DNA of 64,000 nt from an uncultured virus (IMG/VR IMGVR_UViG_3300020213_000017) (lineage: Duplodnaviria; Heunggongvirae; Uroviricota; Caudoviricetes): the IMG/VR virus record IMGVR_UViG_3300020213_000017; one strand, given 5' to 3'. The translations under genes were made by a program, and so were the position numbers. Under the pieces are notes generated by a model. The model had not been told where the DNA came from. It made no database searches and saw nothing but the letters and a program-made list of their open reading frames with translations. Shown here piece after piece: positions 28,199 through 37,881 of this stretch. Within the stretch, counting starts at the first letter, position 1, and the number at the start of each line of letters is the position of its first letter.

Positions 28199-29584
28199 TT
28201 AGCTAAGTTGACCATCAATGTTCTCGATCAGAACGTTTTTGCGAGGTTGGTATACAGCAAGAGAAAGGAATCTGAAGTGTGCCTCAGGAAGTGAGAGGTC
28301 ACTAACAGCCAATTTCAATTTGCTATATGGAGCCAACTGAGCAAGACCCATGGTGTTACCTTGAATCAAGAAACCAGTAACAGAACCAGGGGAACGGTTA
28401 CCAAGATCCGCGAATACAGGGTTGCCAGAACCTTGTGCAATCTTGCCAATGAATTTTGCAGAAGCTGCATTTCCACCAGCGGCAGATCGATACAAGTTGT
28501 AGTACTTAGCTCCAGCTACTGCAGTAATGGTCACATTGACCTTGTTACCAGCAAGAGCAGGGGTTACAGAACTAGATGCACCAGGAGTACTTTCGCCACG
28601 TTCATTAACAGCAGTAGCATAGTATACGTATGCAGCAGCGGCCAAGAGCGAACCAGCGGCACCAGCGTCAGCAGCAGCGATAGCGGGACCAGCGAGAGCT
28701 GATGCGCGAGCGCGAGCAGGACGAGTCTTACCACTCAAGAAGCGCGAAGCTTCAAGTGATACGATAGCCGAAGAGGTCCACTGAGTACGTAAGTGAGCGC
28801 CGGAAGCTTCTTGAGCAGAGCCAGCGAGCATGATACGTTCTTTAGCGTGGGCGATCTTGTTATATGCAGAGAGACTGATAGGATCGAGAACGAGCTTATC
28901 AGCATTACCCATGTTCATAGAGCTACGAACTGCGGAATCTTCGATGATGGACTGGGTTAGAGCGCCACCAGCAGAGAGTACTACAGTTTGGTCTGAGCCG
29001 TACTCAGCAAACATAAGATCTTGCGTATTTTGTTGAGCGTCCGACTGACGAACTTGTTGGTCAAGTCCAATCATATTGGGCACTTTCGCTACAGCGAGAG
29101 GGTTACCGTCAAACACACCAGCGTTTGAGAAATCGGATTGACCACGGAAGCAGTCGAATTCGATATCGCCAGCAAGTTTCATTGCAGCGTCAGCAGCAGC
29201 ACGGTCTTCAGCTTTTACGCCGTCGAAAGCACCGATGAGGTTAGCAGCAACAGAAACACGACGAGTCGTGCTGTAATAGGCCATGGGAACGATAGCACGA
29301 ACGTAGTTCGAGGTATCTTCTTCACCAATGCCGCCTTCAAATTGAGCAGAACCACCGAAGATTCCATAGTCAAGTTGACGGTTGAATTGATGCATTGTAG
29401 CTTTTACATCTTTGCTAGTTAGCATTTTTTGAAGTTTGATATGGCTGTCGTCAAACGTTACGTTTTGCATTACTGGGGAAAGGTCTTCCACCATTAAAGC
29501 AGCACCTTGCGCAAGCTGACCTGGGGCGGCGTTGTAACTACCGGCCTCAAGAGCTTTCATAAGTGACTGAAGTTGTTCGATCAT
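28199..29584 (-). CDS. Major capsid protein
   Basis: 461 aa; GAAL.VEDL...MQNVTF, H.FNRQLDYG, IEF..F.G motifs like Twort/SPO1-type capsids; strong codon bias; follows the scaffold gene. Confidence 0.88.
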   Translation of the reverse strand: MIEQLQSLMKALEAGSYNAAPGQLAQGAALMVEDLSPVMQNVTFDDSHIKLQKMLTSKDVKATMHQFNRQLDYGIFGGSAQFEGGIGEEDTSNYVRAIVPMAYYSTTRRVSVAANLIGAFDGVKAEDRAAADAAMKLAGDIEFDCFRGQSDFSNAGVFDGNPLAVAKVPNMIGLDQQVRQSDAQQNTQDLMFAEYGSDQTVVLSAGGALTQSIIEDSAVRSSMNMGNADKLVLDPISLSAYNKIAHAKERIMLAGSAQEASGAHLRTQWTSSAIVSLEASRFLSGKTRPARARASALAGPAIAAADAGAAGSLLAAAAYVYYATAVNERGESTPGASSSVTPALAGNKVNVTITAVAGAKYYNLYRSAAGGNAASAKFIGKIAQGSGNPVFADLGNRSPGSVTGFLIQGNTMGLAQLAPYSKLKLAVSDLSLPEAHFRFLSLAVYQPRKNVLIENIDGQLS

Positions 29585-29615
29585 TTTATTCTCCTTATTT
29601 AAGTCTTTTTACCAA

Positions 29616-30344
29616 TTACTTGAGTAAGTGGTTTACAGTGTTAATATTTGCGCCTTGTAGGTAGAAAGCATTGATAGCCTCTCTATCCGACTTGGCCAAA
29701 GTAGGTTCAGCGGCTTTTTTAGCTAGACGAGTGCTAATTTCACTCTTCGACAAAGGCTTCTCTTCATCAGCGCCAACATCGCTTTTGGCGATACTGTCGA
29801 GATTAGTGATACCCTTACCTTGGGGTGCAGTTTTCTTAACCAATCTGGTCAAAAATTCTGACACGGCATCTAGATTCTTTTTTAACTCTTCGCTTTTTGC
29901 TTCAGAAGCGGCAAGTTTAGTCGAAAATTCGGACTTAAGAAGTTCGATTTCTTTACCAGCGTCAGCAATAGGGGTTTCAATTTCAACTAAAGTGTCTTTT
30001 TCGGACTTTTTCATTGACATTTCTCCACATTTCCCGAGCGCATTCAAGTGTGCTTTACGTTCAGATTTGGACATGGACTTATAGATTTTCTCTATTTCTT
30101 CATGATCCTCGTCGTCGTAATCGCAATCGTCTTTATCTTCGTCTTCGTCTTCGTTTTTAGCGAGAGCGATTTCCGCCGTTGCAGATTTCTCTTCAACTTT
30201 GGCAGTCTCTTCGGTAGCGGCATCGGCATTTGCAGTTTCTGACTTAGCTAGAGAAGATTTTTCTTCTTCAGCTTTAGCAAGAGCACCAGCAAATTCTTTT
30301 TCCACTTCCGCTAACATTTTTGAAAGATCTTGTTCTGTATACAT
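29616..30344 (-). CDS. Putative capsid scaffold protein
   Basis: Charged, coiled-coil, upstream of the capsid gene, many LAKS/LLKS motifs. Confidence 0.65.
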   Translation of the reverse strand: MYTEQDLSKMLAEVEKEFAGALAKAEEEKSSLAKSETANADAATEETAKVEEKSATAEIALAKNEDEDEDKDDCDYDDEDHEEIEKIYKSMSKSERKAHLNALGKCGEMSMKKSEKDTLVEIETPIADAGKEIELLKSEFSTKLAASEAKSEELKKNLDAVSEFLTRLVKKTAPQGKGITNLDSIAKSDVGADEEKPLSKSEISTRLAKKAAEPTLAKSDREAINAFYLQGANINTVNHLLK

Positions 30345-30367
30345 ATATTAGCCTCCGTATTAAGCGA

Positions 30368-30826
30368 TTAAACGCCTTTGGTTGGCCAATAAAGATCTTC
30401 GATCTCAACTGCTACTGCAGCAGCGTCCATATTAGCTGCGGTTACTGCGGTACCATCTGCGATTGCCTTTTGTTGAATTTTTACACCGGTTTTAATGGCT
30501 TCAAATTGGGCTTTTAGAAGATCCGCTTGACTTGCTTCTGGTTCAGTACCATCCAATTCATAGGCGATCTCTAGACTGTGAGGGGCAAATGCGATCAGGT
30601 CGTTGCCGAACACATCTTTAGAAACTGCGTCAACTGCTTTAATGCGAAGGGCGATCACAGGTTGTCCAGCAGCTTCATTTCCGGCATCGGAAAGAAACAG
30701 CATGGGCCAGCCATTGGAATCACGGGCTTCACGAACAGTGTCAATGCTTGCACTACCAGCGTAACGTTTTCTGAGATGATCAGCTACGTCGCGCAATAGA
30801 GCTTCTGCTTTACTGGTCGATTTCAT
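30368..30826 (-). CDS. Putative capsid-associated protein
   Basis: First gene of the capsid operon, AGGAG RBS. Confidence 0.6.
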   Translation of the reverse strand: MKSTSKAEALLRDVADHLRKRYAGSASIDTVREARDSNGWPMLFLSDAGNEAAGQPVIALRIKAVDAVSKDVFGNDLIAFAPHSLEIAYELDGTEPEASQADLLKAQFEAIKTGVKIQQKAIADGTAVTAANMDAAAVAVEIEDLYWPTKGV

Positions 30827-31000
30827 ATTATTCTCCTTTAAGGGTTTGTGGAATGAGATAACTCATTGTATACAAAAAGGATTAAGACGGAACACTTTTA
30901 CTGTATAAAATCGAGCAGTTGAATTGAAAAATCTTGCCAAATCAATTGAAATAAACTAATGATATCCATGATAAGACATGTCTAAGGTAATCTTAATCAT

Positions 31001-33019
31001 ATGTCCACCCTAATTGACGGAATAGCAGCTTCTGAAAACATAGACTCTTCTGGCGAAATCATTTCCGTAGCAGGAATGGATATCTCCTCGTTAGACAAAA
31101 CCGGAAATTTCAATTGGGAGCATAAAAAAGACTACCCAATGCAAATTATTGGAAAGATCTTAAAAGCTAAGAAAATCTTTAAGTTAGAAGACTGTGATAA
31201 CGAAAGACACCGCTATTTTTGGAACAAATGCAAGGTTCCCTACGTTTACGTTATGGGTGAGCTCTTTACCCATACAGAGTCTGGTCTGCACGTAGCCGGT
31301 CTTTTTCAATACGATGCTGAGAAAAGAGGTATTAACGAACACAATGTAGTTGGTTTCTCTATTGAAGGCGCAAAGCTTGATAAAAAAGGTATGACAATTA
31401 CAAGATCTATTGCTCGTAAATGTACCATAACAGAGTCCCATTGTAACAAAATGGCTATAGCTGAAAAAATGCCCGAAATGCCCGAAAAAACTAAAAAAGT
31501 CGATAATATCGCCGATTTTTTTAAATCAGAACAGTCTTTTAAAACAGTACCTTACGCAGAAATTGAACTTCTTAAGTCCGATGTTTTCGCCGATGTAAAA
31601 AAGGCAGAAGACCCGAATCATCATGCTAATAAGCTAGGAATCACCCCCATGAAAAAAGAAATGACATCACAAGCTCCAGCTTCAGTTGACAAATCTGCTG
31701 CAGGTATCGAGAAACCCAATGCTTCAATTGGCACCCCAAAGGCCAGCGCAAAGACCTTTGGCAAAACACCTTTTAGAGATCCTGGTCACACCATGGGTCG
31801 CACTAGCTCAGGCAAAGACGTGATGAGTCATCAGCGCATCCACGAATATCGTGGTTTTTCTACCAAAGATCATGAAGAAGCTGCTAAAATGCATTTTGAG
31901 CATTCTCAGGGTACCAAAGATCATAAAGCTGGAGCTCATCATCTTGACCGCATGAAGCTTCACTTACAAGCCGCTCATACATCTGCTCGTAAAGATGATC
32001 GTTTTGAGGCCGGAATGGCTGATAAGCGCAAAAAGCTATTGGGTAAAGCAATGAACCCATCTGCTAATGTGCAAAAACAGCCAAAAAATGATTCTGGCGA
32101 ACAAAAGATGGAAAAAGCGATGACCGCAGGTTCTGGAATGAGCTCGCCTGGTGCGTTAACAGACGGCGCTGCGCTCGCCAAAGAGCATCTCGACAAAAAA
32201 ATGCACAAAGTAGATGCGCCACCACCACCGCCTCCTCCTCCTCCTCAGAGCCTAGGCAATACCGCTACCTCGAACGGCACTTCGACAATTAATGCTGCAA
32301 TCGGTTCGCCGTTCGGCAAGGGCAGTATGAAGAAAACGGATAATGTTAACAAACCTCTATCCGACAAGGTAGCTGGTAATAAAATGAGCCCTGGCCTAAA
32401 AGCTGGCATGGGAATGTCCCACATGGGCCAGAAGGTTCGTCATGGCGCTGCTTCCGAGACCGTTTATACAGCCAAAGAAATTGCTCATAAGAATTTGAAG
32501 CGCATCAGACAAATGAAGCCCAACCTAACAAAGTCCGAGTGGTTAATTCGCGCAGAAGAAGAATATTCTAAATGGGACAAGCGTGAACAGTTTCAAGAAT
32601 TTATGAAGAAGCGAATGCCCAACATGACCAAAAGCGAAATAGACTCTTTTGGCAAAACTATGATTTTGAAAAAAAGCGTTGAAGCCGAAAAAGAGCTCAA
32701 GAAATTTTCTGATGCAATGATGACTGGCGAAGATAAGGAATGTTACAAAAAGCCTAAAACCATGGAAAAGTCTGAAAAAATCGATTCCGAGCACCCTCAT
32801 ACGGGCAAGGTGATCTCTCGTGGTGGTGAATATTTTGCCAAAAAACCAACCGGCGAAATGCATCATTTGCCAAACAAACAACATGGAAAAATCCTTTCTG
32901 GAAAACATGTTAAGTTTGGTATTAATGAACACGATGATGCCGTATTACACCCAAGACACGTTCACGAACTAAAAGAGTTCGATAGGCCTAAAACCATGGA
33001 AAAGTCTGAAAAAAAATAA
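31001..33019 (+). CDS. Prohead protease with a long multi-module C-terminal extension
   Basis: IDGIAASE.IDSSGE, NWEH, VGFSIEG (His/Ser residues of HK97/U35-like protease); C-terminus punctuated by xxKS/xxKA motifs and a poly-Pro run. Confidence 0.8.
   Translation: MSTLIDGIAASENIDSSGEIISVAGMDISSLDKTGNFNWEHKKDYPMQIIGKILKAKKIFKLEDCDNERHRYFWNKCKVPYVYVMGELFTHTESGLHVAGLFQYDAEKRGINEHNVVGFSIEGAKLDKKGMTITRSIARKCTITESHCNKMAIAEKMPEMPEKTKKVDNIADFFKSEQSFKTVPYAEIELLKSDVFADVKKAEDPNHHANKLGITPMKKEMTSQAPASVDKSAAGIEKPNASIGTPKASAKTFGKTPFRDPGHTMGRTSSGKDVMSHQRIHEYRGFSTKDHEEAAKMHFEHSQGTKDHKAGAHHLDRMKLHLQAAHTSARKDDRFEAGMADKRKKLLGKAMNPSANVQKQPKNDSGEQKMEKAMTAGSGMSSPGALTDGAALAKEHLDKKMHKVDAPPPPPPPPPQSLGNTATSNGTSTINAAIGSPFGKGSMKKTDNVNKPLSDKVAGNKMSPGLKAGMGMSHMGQKVRHGAASETVYTAKEIAHKNLKRIRQMKPNLTKSEWLIRAEEEYSKWDKREQFQEFMKKRMPNMTKSEIDSFGKTMILKKSVEAEKELKKFSDAMMTGEDKECYKKPKTMEKSEKIDSEHPHTGKVISRGGEYFAKKPTGEMHHLPNKQHGKILSGKHVKFGINEHDDAVLHPRHVHELKEFDRPKTMEKSEKK
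32752..33014 (+). repeat. 29-bp perfect direct repeat (encoding PKTMEKSEK) flanking a 78-codon module
   Basis: GCCTAAAACCATGGAAAAGTCTGAAAAAA at 32752-32780 and 32986-33014. Confidence 0.9.
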
Positions 33020-33043
33020 TTGGGTCTTATTCTTTACAATCGC

Positions 33044-33673
33044 TTAAGGTTTAAAAAATCTGTTGCCACCTGGAGGCACAGGTTTGTTGTCTAGATGAAC
33101 CCATCTAGCACCTTTGCCGTTATCCTCCATACGAAGACCCCATCCCTCAAGCTTGTTCATTAGGGCTACCTTGATGAGATCACAATCCTCACCATCCTTG
33201 TCGCCATCACTATCCATATCGCACCAGAAGTCAACCGCAGCATATTCAGCATCAGCAATATGAGCAGAGCGTTTAGCCCCACCAATTGCTACGTTGTATT
33301 CACCTGGGCGATAAGCGGAACGAATGTACACAGGTTTTCCTAGGAATTCGCGGATTGTATCCATCTTTTGAAAAATACTGTATAGATTCTCTTTAACCTT
33401 GTCGTCTAAACCATCTGATTCATTGGCCAAACGCTTCCATTCACGTAACTGGATAGCCTCGTTTACGGTAAAATACTTAGAAATCTTAGATTGCGGATTA
33501 GCCCAGTCAACTTGGTGCAAAAGTGGACCCAGATCATCAAGTGTCACGCTTACCACTTCAACCTTTGGAACTGGGGTCGCTACGATTGGCTGTACTGGCT
33601 TAGCAATCTCTTTGTTGAAAAACTTCAATACCGCTTCAATAGCTTTTTCAATCATTTTCTGGTCTATTTTCAT
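33044..33673 (-). CDS. Peptidase M15 family endolysin
   Basis: SAYR...N..IGGA.RSAH, AVDF, WVHLD Zn-peptidase motifs. Confidence 0.85.
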   Translation of the reverse strand: MKIDQKMIEKAIEAVLKFFNKEIAKPVQPIVATPVPKVEVVSVTLDDLGPLLHQVDWANPQSKISKYFTVNEAIQLREWKRLANESDGLDDKVKENLYSIFQKMDTIREFLGKPVYIRSAYRPGEYNVAIGGAKRSAHIADAEYAAVDFWCDMDSDGDKDGEDCDLIKVALMNKLEGWGLRMEDNGKGARWVHLDNKPVPPGGNRFFKP

Positions 33674-33723
33674 AAGGCCCTCTTGTATATACTATCTATA
33701 TCGTATACAATTAAGATTACGCT

Positions 33724-34047
33724 ATGAGAATTCGCCTTATTTTCCAACATGCAGGGGAAAGCCTAGTTGAATGGCCAAAAACCATTCGGGAATTTCCCAA
33801 GTTAATTCGTATGCTTAACCGCGTTTACAAACAGATGGCCTATGAAAAAAGTGACGAATACATGATTAATTACGAGGTTCACTTCGTAGAACAGGGTAAA
33901 GGATCAGCTTTTCCATGGGAAAGCCCGGTTGACTTGGACGTTCTACTGAATAACAACAGCTTCTACGGATGCCAATGTGGAGCTAAACATACAAGCGCAC
34001 CTGATCTTCACATGTTTTTCTGTAGAATGTACAAACCTAGAGATTGA
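33724..34047 (+). CDS. Hypothetical protein with C-terminal Zn motif
   Basis: CQCGA...H..FC. Confidence 0.6.
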   Translation: MRIRLIFQHAGESLVEWPKTIREFPKLIRMLNRVYKQMAYEKSDEYMINYEVHFVEQGKGSAFPWESPVDLDVLLNNNSFYGCQCGAKHTSAPDLHMFFCRMYKPRD

Positions 34048-34099
34048 CTTTTTGCTTTTTATATTGAGGGAAAAGCAGAAGAATGGTAATCTATACTGT

Positions 34100-34735
34100 A
34101 TGAAACAATGTATAATTTGCAAAGTCACAGAAGCCCCAAAATGGTACTCCGGTCCTAAATGTACCAAGTGCTATGCATCAGATAGGTATGTCAAAAACAA
34201 AAACTTGATATTGGCTTCTCAAAACCCTGAGAAAAAGAGAAGTAATGCTCGCTTACGCTACAAAAATAAGAAAAAAGAAATACTGGAAAATGCTAAAAAG
34301 TATTATCAGACTAATAAAGAGTCTATCCTATTGATAAGAAAAGATTATTATGAAAAAAATAAGAGAGAAATTATAAAAAATCAAGTAGCCAGAGACGCTA
34401 TAAGAATCAGGACTGATATTGGTTTTTTGCTTAAAACACGAGTTAGGTCTAGGTTTAAAATGGCTATGAGGGGTAATTACAAGACCGGTGTTGGTATTAA
34501 ATATCTAGGGTGCTCAATAGAAGAATTCAAGAATTATATTTACAATCAGTTTCAACCAGAGATGACCTGGGATAACTACGGAAAAGAATGGGAGCTAGAC
34601 CATAGAATAGCATTATTGAATTTTGATTTGACAAAAGAAGAAGATTTGAAAATAGCTTGCAATTTTACAAATATTCAGCCATTATGGAAAGAAGATCATT
34701 ATAAGAAAACACAAAGGGATAGAAGCAAGAAATGA
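34100..34735 (+). CDS. HNH homing endonuclease (start likely MKQC at 34100)
   Basis: YLGCS...MTWDNYG.EW.LDH.I....N.TNIQPLW; N-terminal CxxC and K/Y-rich repeats. Confidence 0.85.
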   Translation: MKQCIICKVTEAPKWYSGPKCTKCYASDRYVKNKNLILASQNPEKKRSNARLRYKNKKKEILENAKKYYQTNKESILLIRKDYYEKNKREIIKNQVARDAIRIRTDIGFLLKTRVRSRFKMAMRGNYKTGVGIKYLGCSIEEFKNYIYNQFQPEMTWDNYGKEWELDHRIALLNFDLTKEEDLKIACNFTNIQPLWKEDHYKKTQRDRSKK

Positions 34736-35934
34736 AAACTTTTACCACTCTTTATAAGAAAACAAACACTGGTGCGATTCAGTACTGGAAGATCAAGGTG
34801 ACAGAGGAATGGCACGATAGAAATAAAGACTCTGTAGGTGAAATTTTAACTGAATATGGCCAACTGAATACTGACAGTCCACAGAAAACTGTAGATTATG
34901 TAAAAGAGGGTAAAAATATAGGTAAAAAGAATGAAACCACTGCTGTACAGCAAGCTGAAGCTGAAGCTCAAGCAAAACATGAAAAACAACGCAAAAAAGG
35001 CTACGTTGAATCCTTGGAAGCAGCTCAGGCTGGCGAACTAGATGAGCTTATTGAAGGTGGCGCTCTTCCTATGTTGGCCCAAAGCTATCTGGATGTTTTA
35101 TATGACATGCGCCCAGGTCATGAAAACGATCCTCCAATTATCACTCGCACTAAAGAGTCGAAAAAGATCAAGTTTCCTGCTCTCATGCAGCCAAAGTTTG
35201 ACGGTATTCGCTGCATTGCTATCGTTAAGGACGGCAAATGTACCCTGTGGTCGCGTACTCGTAAACCTATCAAGTCTGTTCCTCATATCGTTGCTACAAT
35301 CGAAGCTAACGTGAAAAGCGACATTGTTTTAGATGGCGAGCTTTACAATCACATGTACAAGAATGATTTCGAGAAAATCGTAAGCGCTGTTCGCAAAGAT
35401 GAACCTAGCGAAGAGTCGAAGTTGGTTCACTATCATGTGTACGATATCATCAACGATCAGCCAGCAAACCAGCGCATTGCGACTTTAGCCTCGACAGTCC
35501 CATTCCAGGTTCCATTGGTACCTGTACAAACTTTTACAGTGGCAGACGGCGTTGAAGCTGATCTGGAATTCTTCTATACTATGCGTAAACAAGGCTACGA
35601 AGGAGCTATGATTCGTAACATGAACGCTTTGTACGTACCAAAGCGTTCCATGGATCTTCAAAAACTCAAAGAATTCAATGAAGACGAATTCAAGATCATT
35701 GGCATCGAAGAAGGCAGCGGCAAGCTCAATGGGCATGTAGGTGCTTTTAATTGCCTAACCAAAGAAGGTGTGGACTTTAAAGCTAAGCTAGAAGGTGATA
35801 CTGGCTTTTTGAAACAATGTTTTGAAAACCATTCACTGTGGCAAGGTAAGCAGATGACTGTAGTGTACCAGGGCTTCGGAATCAATCGCCGCCCAAGATT
35901 TCCTGTAGCTAAAGCAATCCGTGATTACGAATAA
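34732..35934 (+). CDS. ATP-dependent DNA ligase with WGR-like N-terminal domain
   Basis: QPKFDGIR (motif I), LDGELY, YEGAMIR, KRS.DLQKLK, PRFPV. Confidence 0.93.
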   Translation: MKTFTTLYKKTNTGAIQYWKIKVTEEWHDRNKDSVGEILTEYGQLNTDSPQKTVDYVKEGKNIGKKNETTAVQQAEAEAQAKHEKQRKKGYVESLEAAQAGELDELIEGGALPMLAQSYLDVLYDMRPGHENDPPIITRTKESKKIKFPALMQPKFDGIRCIAIVKDGKCTLWSRTRKPIKSVPHIVATIEANVKSDIVLDGELYNHMYKNDFEKIVSAVRKDEPSEESKLVHYHVYDIINDQPANQRIATLASTVPFQVPLVPVQTFTVADGVEADLEFFYTMRKQGYEGAMIRNMNALYVPKRSMDLQKLKEFNEDEFKIIGIEEGSGKLNGHVGAFNCLTKEGVDFKAKLEGDTGFLKQCFENHSLWQGKQMTVVYQGFGINRRPRFPVAKAIRDYE

Positions 35935-35942
35935 GGAGCAAT

Positions 35943-36785
35943 ATGAAAGTCGCTAAAATCAGCAAAGCAAGCCCTACCTTCCGTAAAGAGCTTTATAACT
36001 CCCTCGAACAGACTGGCTTTGCCGTTCTGACCAATCATGGAATCTCAGGCTCACGCTTAAGCGAAGTGTATGGTCAGTGGGAGAAATTTTTCGGCAGTGA
36101 AACGAAGCACGATCTCAAAGCAGAGCATGGCGGGGCTTCTGGCTATTTCCCAATGAAGAGCGAGAACGCTAAAGGCTACAGCGTGAAGGATTTGAAAGAA
36201 TTCTATCACCTTTTTGGTCCAGGCTTCGACAAGAACGTACCAAATGGAATCGACAAGTCCACAATGTATTTGGCTGAAGATCTTGAGCTCCTAGGCTCCA
36301 CCCTTCTTTCCCAAATCAACGTAGAACACCTAATGCGTACCGGCAAGAACCTGATGCTGCCCAGCATGATTACGGAGTCTCCAAACACCCTTTTTCGCGT
36401 GCTACATTACCCACCTCTGCCTTCTGACGCAGAAAAAGGTGCAGTAAGAGCGGCTCCTCATGAGGATATTAATCTGATCACCATTCTACCTGCAGCATCT
36501 GCTCCAGGCCTTGCAGTCAAAGACTTGGATGGCAAATGGCATCTGTTGGACATAGACCCAGGCACTGTGGTGGTGAATGTTGGTGATCAGTTACAGGAAA
36601 TTACTGCTGGTAAATTAAGATCTACAACACACAGAGTGGTAAACCCTTCTGGCAAAGAAGCGAACAAGTCTAGGTATTCTTCACCACTATTTATGCACGC
36701 CAGGCCTGAAGTACGCTTGTCAGAACGCTATACTGCAGGCGAATATCTAGAACAAAGACTGAAAGAAATTGGGCTAAAGAAATGA
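35943..36785 (+). CDS. 2OG-Fe(II) oxygenase, isopenicillin N synthase-like family
   Basis: GFAVLTNHGI, DLKEFY, HEDINLIT (HxD), STTHRV, RYSSP (RxS). Confidence 0.92.
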   Translation: MKVAKISKASPTFRKELYNSLEQTGFAVLTNHGISGSRLSEVYGQWEKFFGSETKHDLKAEHGGASGYFPMKSENAKGYSVKDLKEFYHLFGPGFDKNVPNGIDKSTMYLAEDLELLGSTLLSQINVEHLMRTGKNLMLPSMITESPNTLFRVLHYPPLPSDAEKGAVRAAPHEDINLITILPAASAPGLAVKDLDGKWHLLDIDPGTVVVNVGDQLQEITAGKLRSTTHRVVNPSGKEANKSRYSSPLFMHARPEVRLSERYTAGEYLEQRLKEIGLKK

Positions 36786-37070
36786 AAAGGCAATAACTAT
36801 AGACTTAACCTACAAGTTGCCCTGAAATGGCTATTTATTGGTGGAGAGCTAAAAACCGCTAGACTATGTTGCGAAACACTGTATGGTTCGCAAAAAATTT
36901 TTAGGGATTTTTTAATTCAGATTTAAAAGAGAGATATTTAACGAATTGAGCATCGCGGGATTGCTGCCCACGGTAAAAGAACGGATAAGTAAGCTTTTTG
37001 CGAAAGTATGTACAGCTTTCAACGCAAACACAATCATGATCCCGTTACGTGCGGTCCTACGATAATTGGC
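36782..37070 (+). pseudogene. Possible decayed gene
   Basis: One frame reads protein-like (AITIDLTYKLP*NGYLLVES*KPLDYVAKHCMVRKKFLGIF*...) but has five stops; an ATGA-coupled start at 36782 is out of frame. Confidence 0.25.
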
Positions 37071-37073
37071 CAA

Positions 37074-37832
37074 CTATTTTCTTTGCTTATTGAATTCATC
37101 ATGTTTTTCGCCGATCCAAGCAATTTTACCCTCTTTGAACCCAAAGCCTTGGGTTATATAGGTCAGGGTGCAACGACAATGTGGATGTGCTCCAAAAGCA
37201 GATGGGTTGTCTTCACCACGTTTGTGATAACCCTGCTTGAGCTCAGAAAGCTTCCAAACTCTAGGGTTACCATCTGGGTTCAAATGAAGCCGTAAACATT
37301 CCTTGCAGGTTTTACCGTCTCTTACTATTACAAAGAATACTAAAGGGTCACTCTCACCACGAGATGCTGCTACGTGAGAGATGTCCATTAGGGAGCCTAG
37401 ATTGCGAAGCTTGGTAGATTCGGACTCCACAATCGCTTTGAGCTGGGCTTTTGCACTGTTAAGCTCCTCTTGGACAGCATCTTCAATGTCTTCTTTGCGA
37501 GCCTTTTCTCTGTTGATCTTAGAGCGCTTGACAATTTCATCCACACGCTCAGCCACTTTATTCTTGGTCTTTTCTTTGAGCGCTTCGATATAACCATGCA
37601 CAGTGACAAGAAGATTCTTAAGAACATCCTGTTCAATAGGATTAGGAGTTCTGTTGGCCATTGCCTGGACAAATAGATTAGGAAGCCCGTAATTTTTAGT
37701 CGAGCTAATGAGAAGTAGTTTTTTGTATTTGAGATGAGGAATGTCACCAATTAAATGTAGAGCTATTGTATCAAAATGATCCTCTACAACTGAATTGATC
37801 TGTTCTCTACCAGAACTGCTTATTCCTAACAT
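37074..37832 (-). CDS. MuF/SPP1-gp7-like head morphogenesis protein
   Basis: TCKECLRLH...HPHCRCTL; downstream of the portal gene. Confidence 0.75.
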   Translation of the reverse strand: MLGISSSGREQINSVVEDHFDTIALHLIGDIPHLKYKKLLLISSTKNYGLPNLFVQAMANRTPNPIEQDVLKNLLVTVHGYIEALKEKTKNKVAERVDEIVKRSKINREKARKEDIEDAVQEELNSAKAQLKAIVESESTKLRNLGSLMDISHVAASRGESDPLVFFVIVRDGKTCKECLRLHLNPDGNPRVWKLSELKQGYHKRGEDNPSAFGAHPHCRCTLTYITQGFGFKEGKIAWIGEKHDEFNKQRK

Positions 37833-37881
37833 ATCCTATTGCCTTTAGACCTGTTTTCTTTGATCCAGATATTTGCAGGTT

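Noticed and set aside
37074..37832. MuF polymorphic toxin fusion
   Set aside because: The protein ends shortly after HPHCRC with no C-terminal toxin domain
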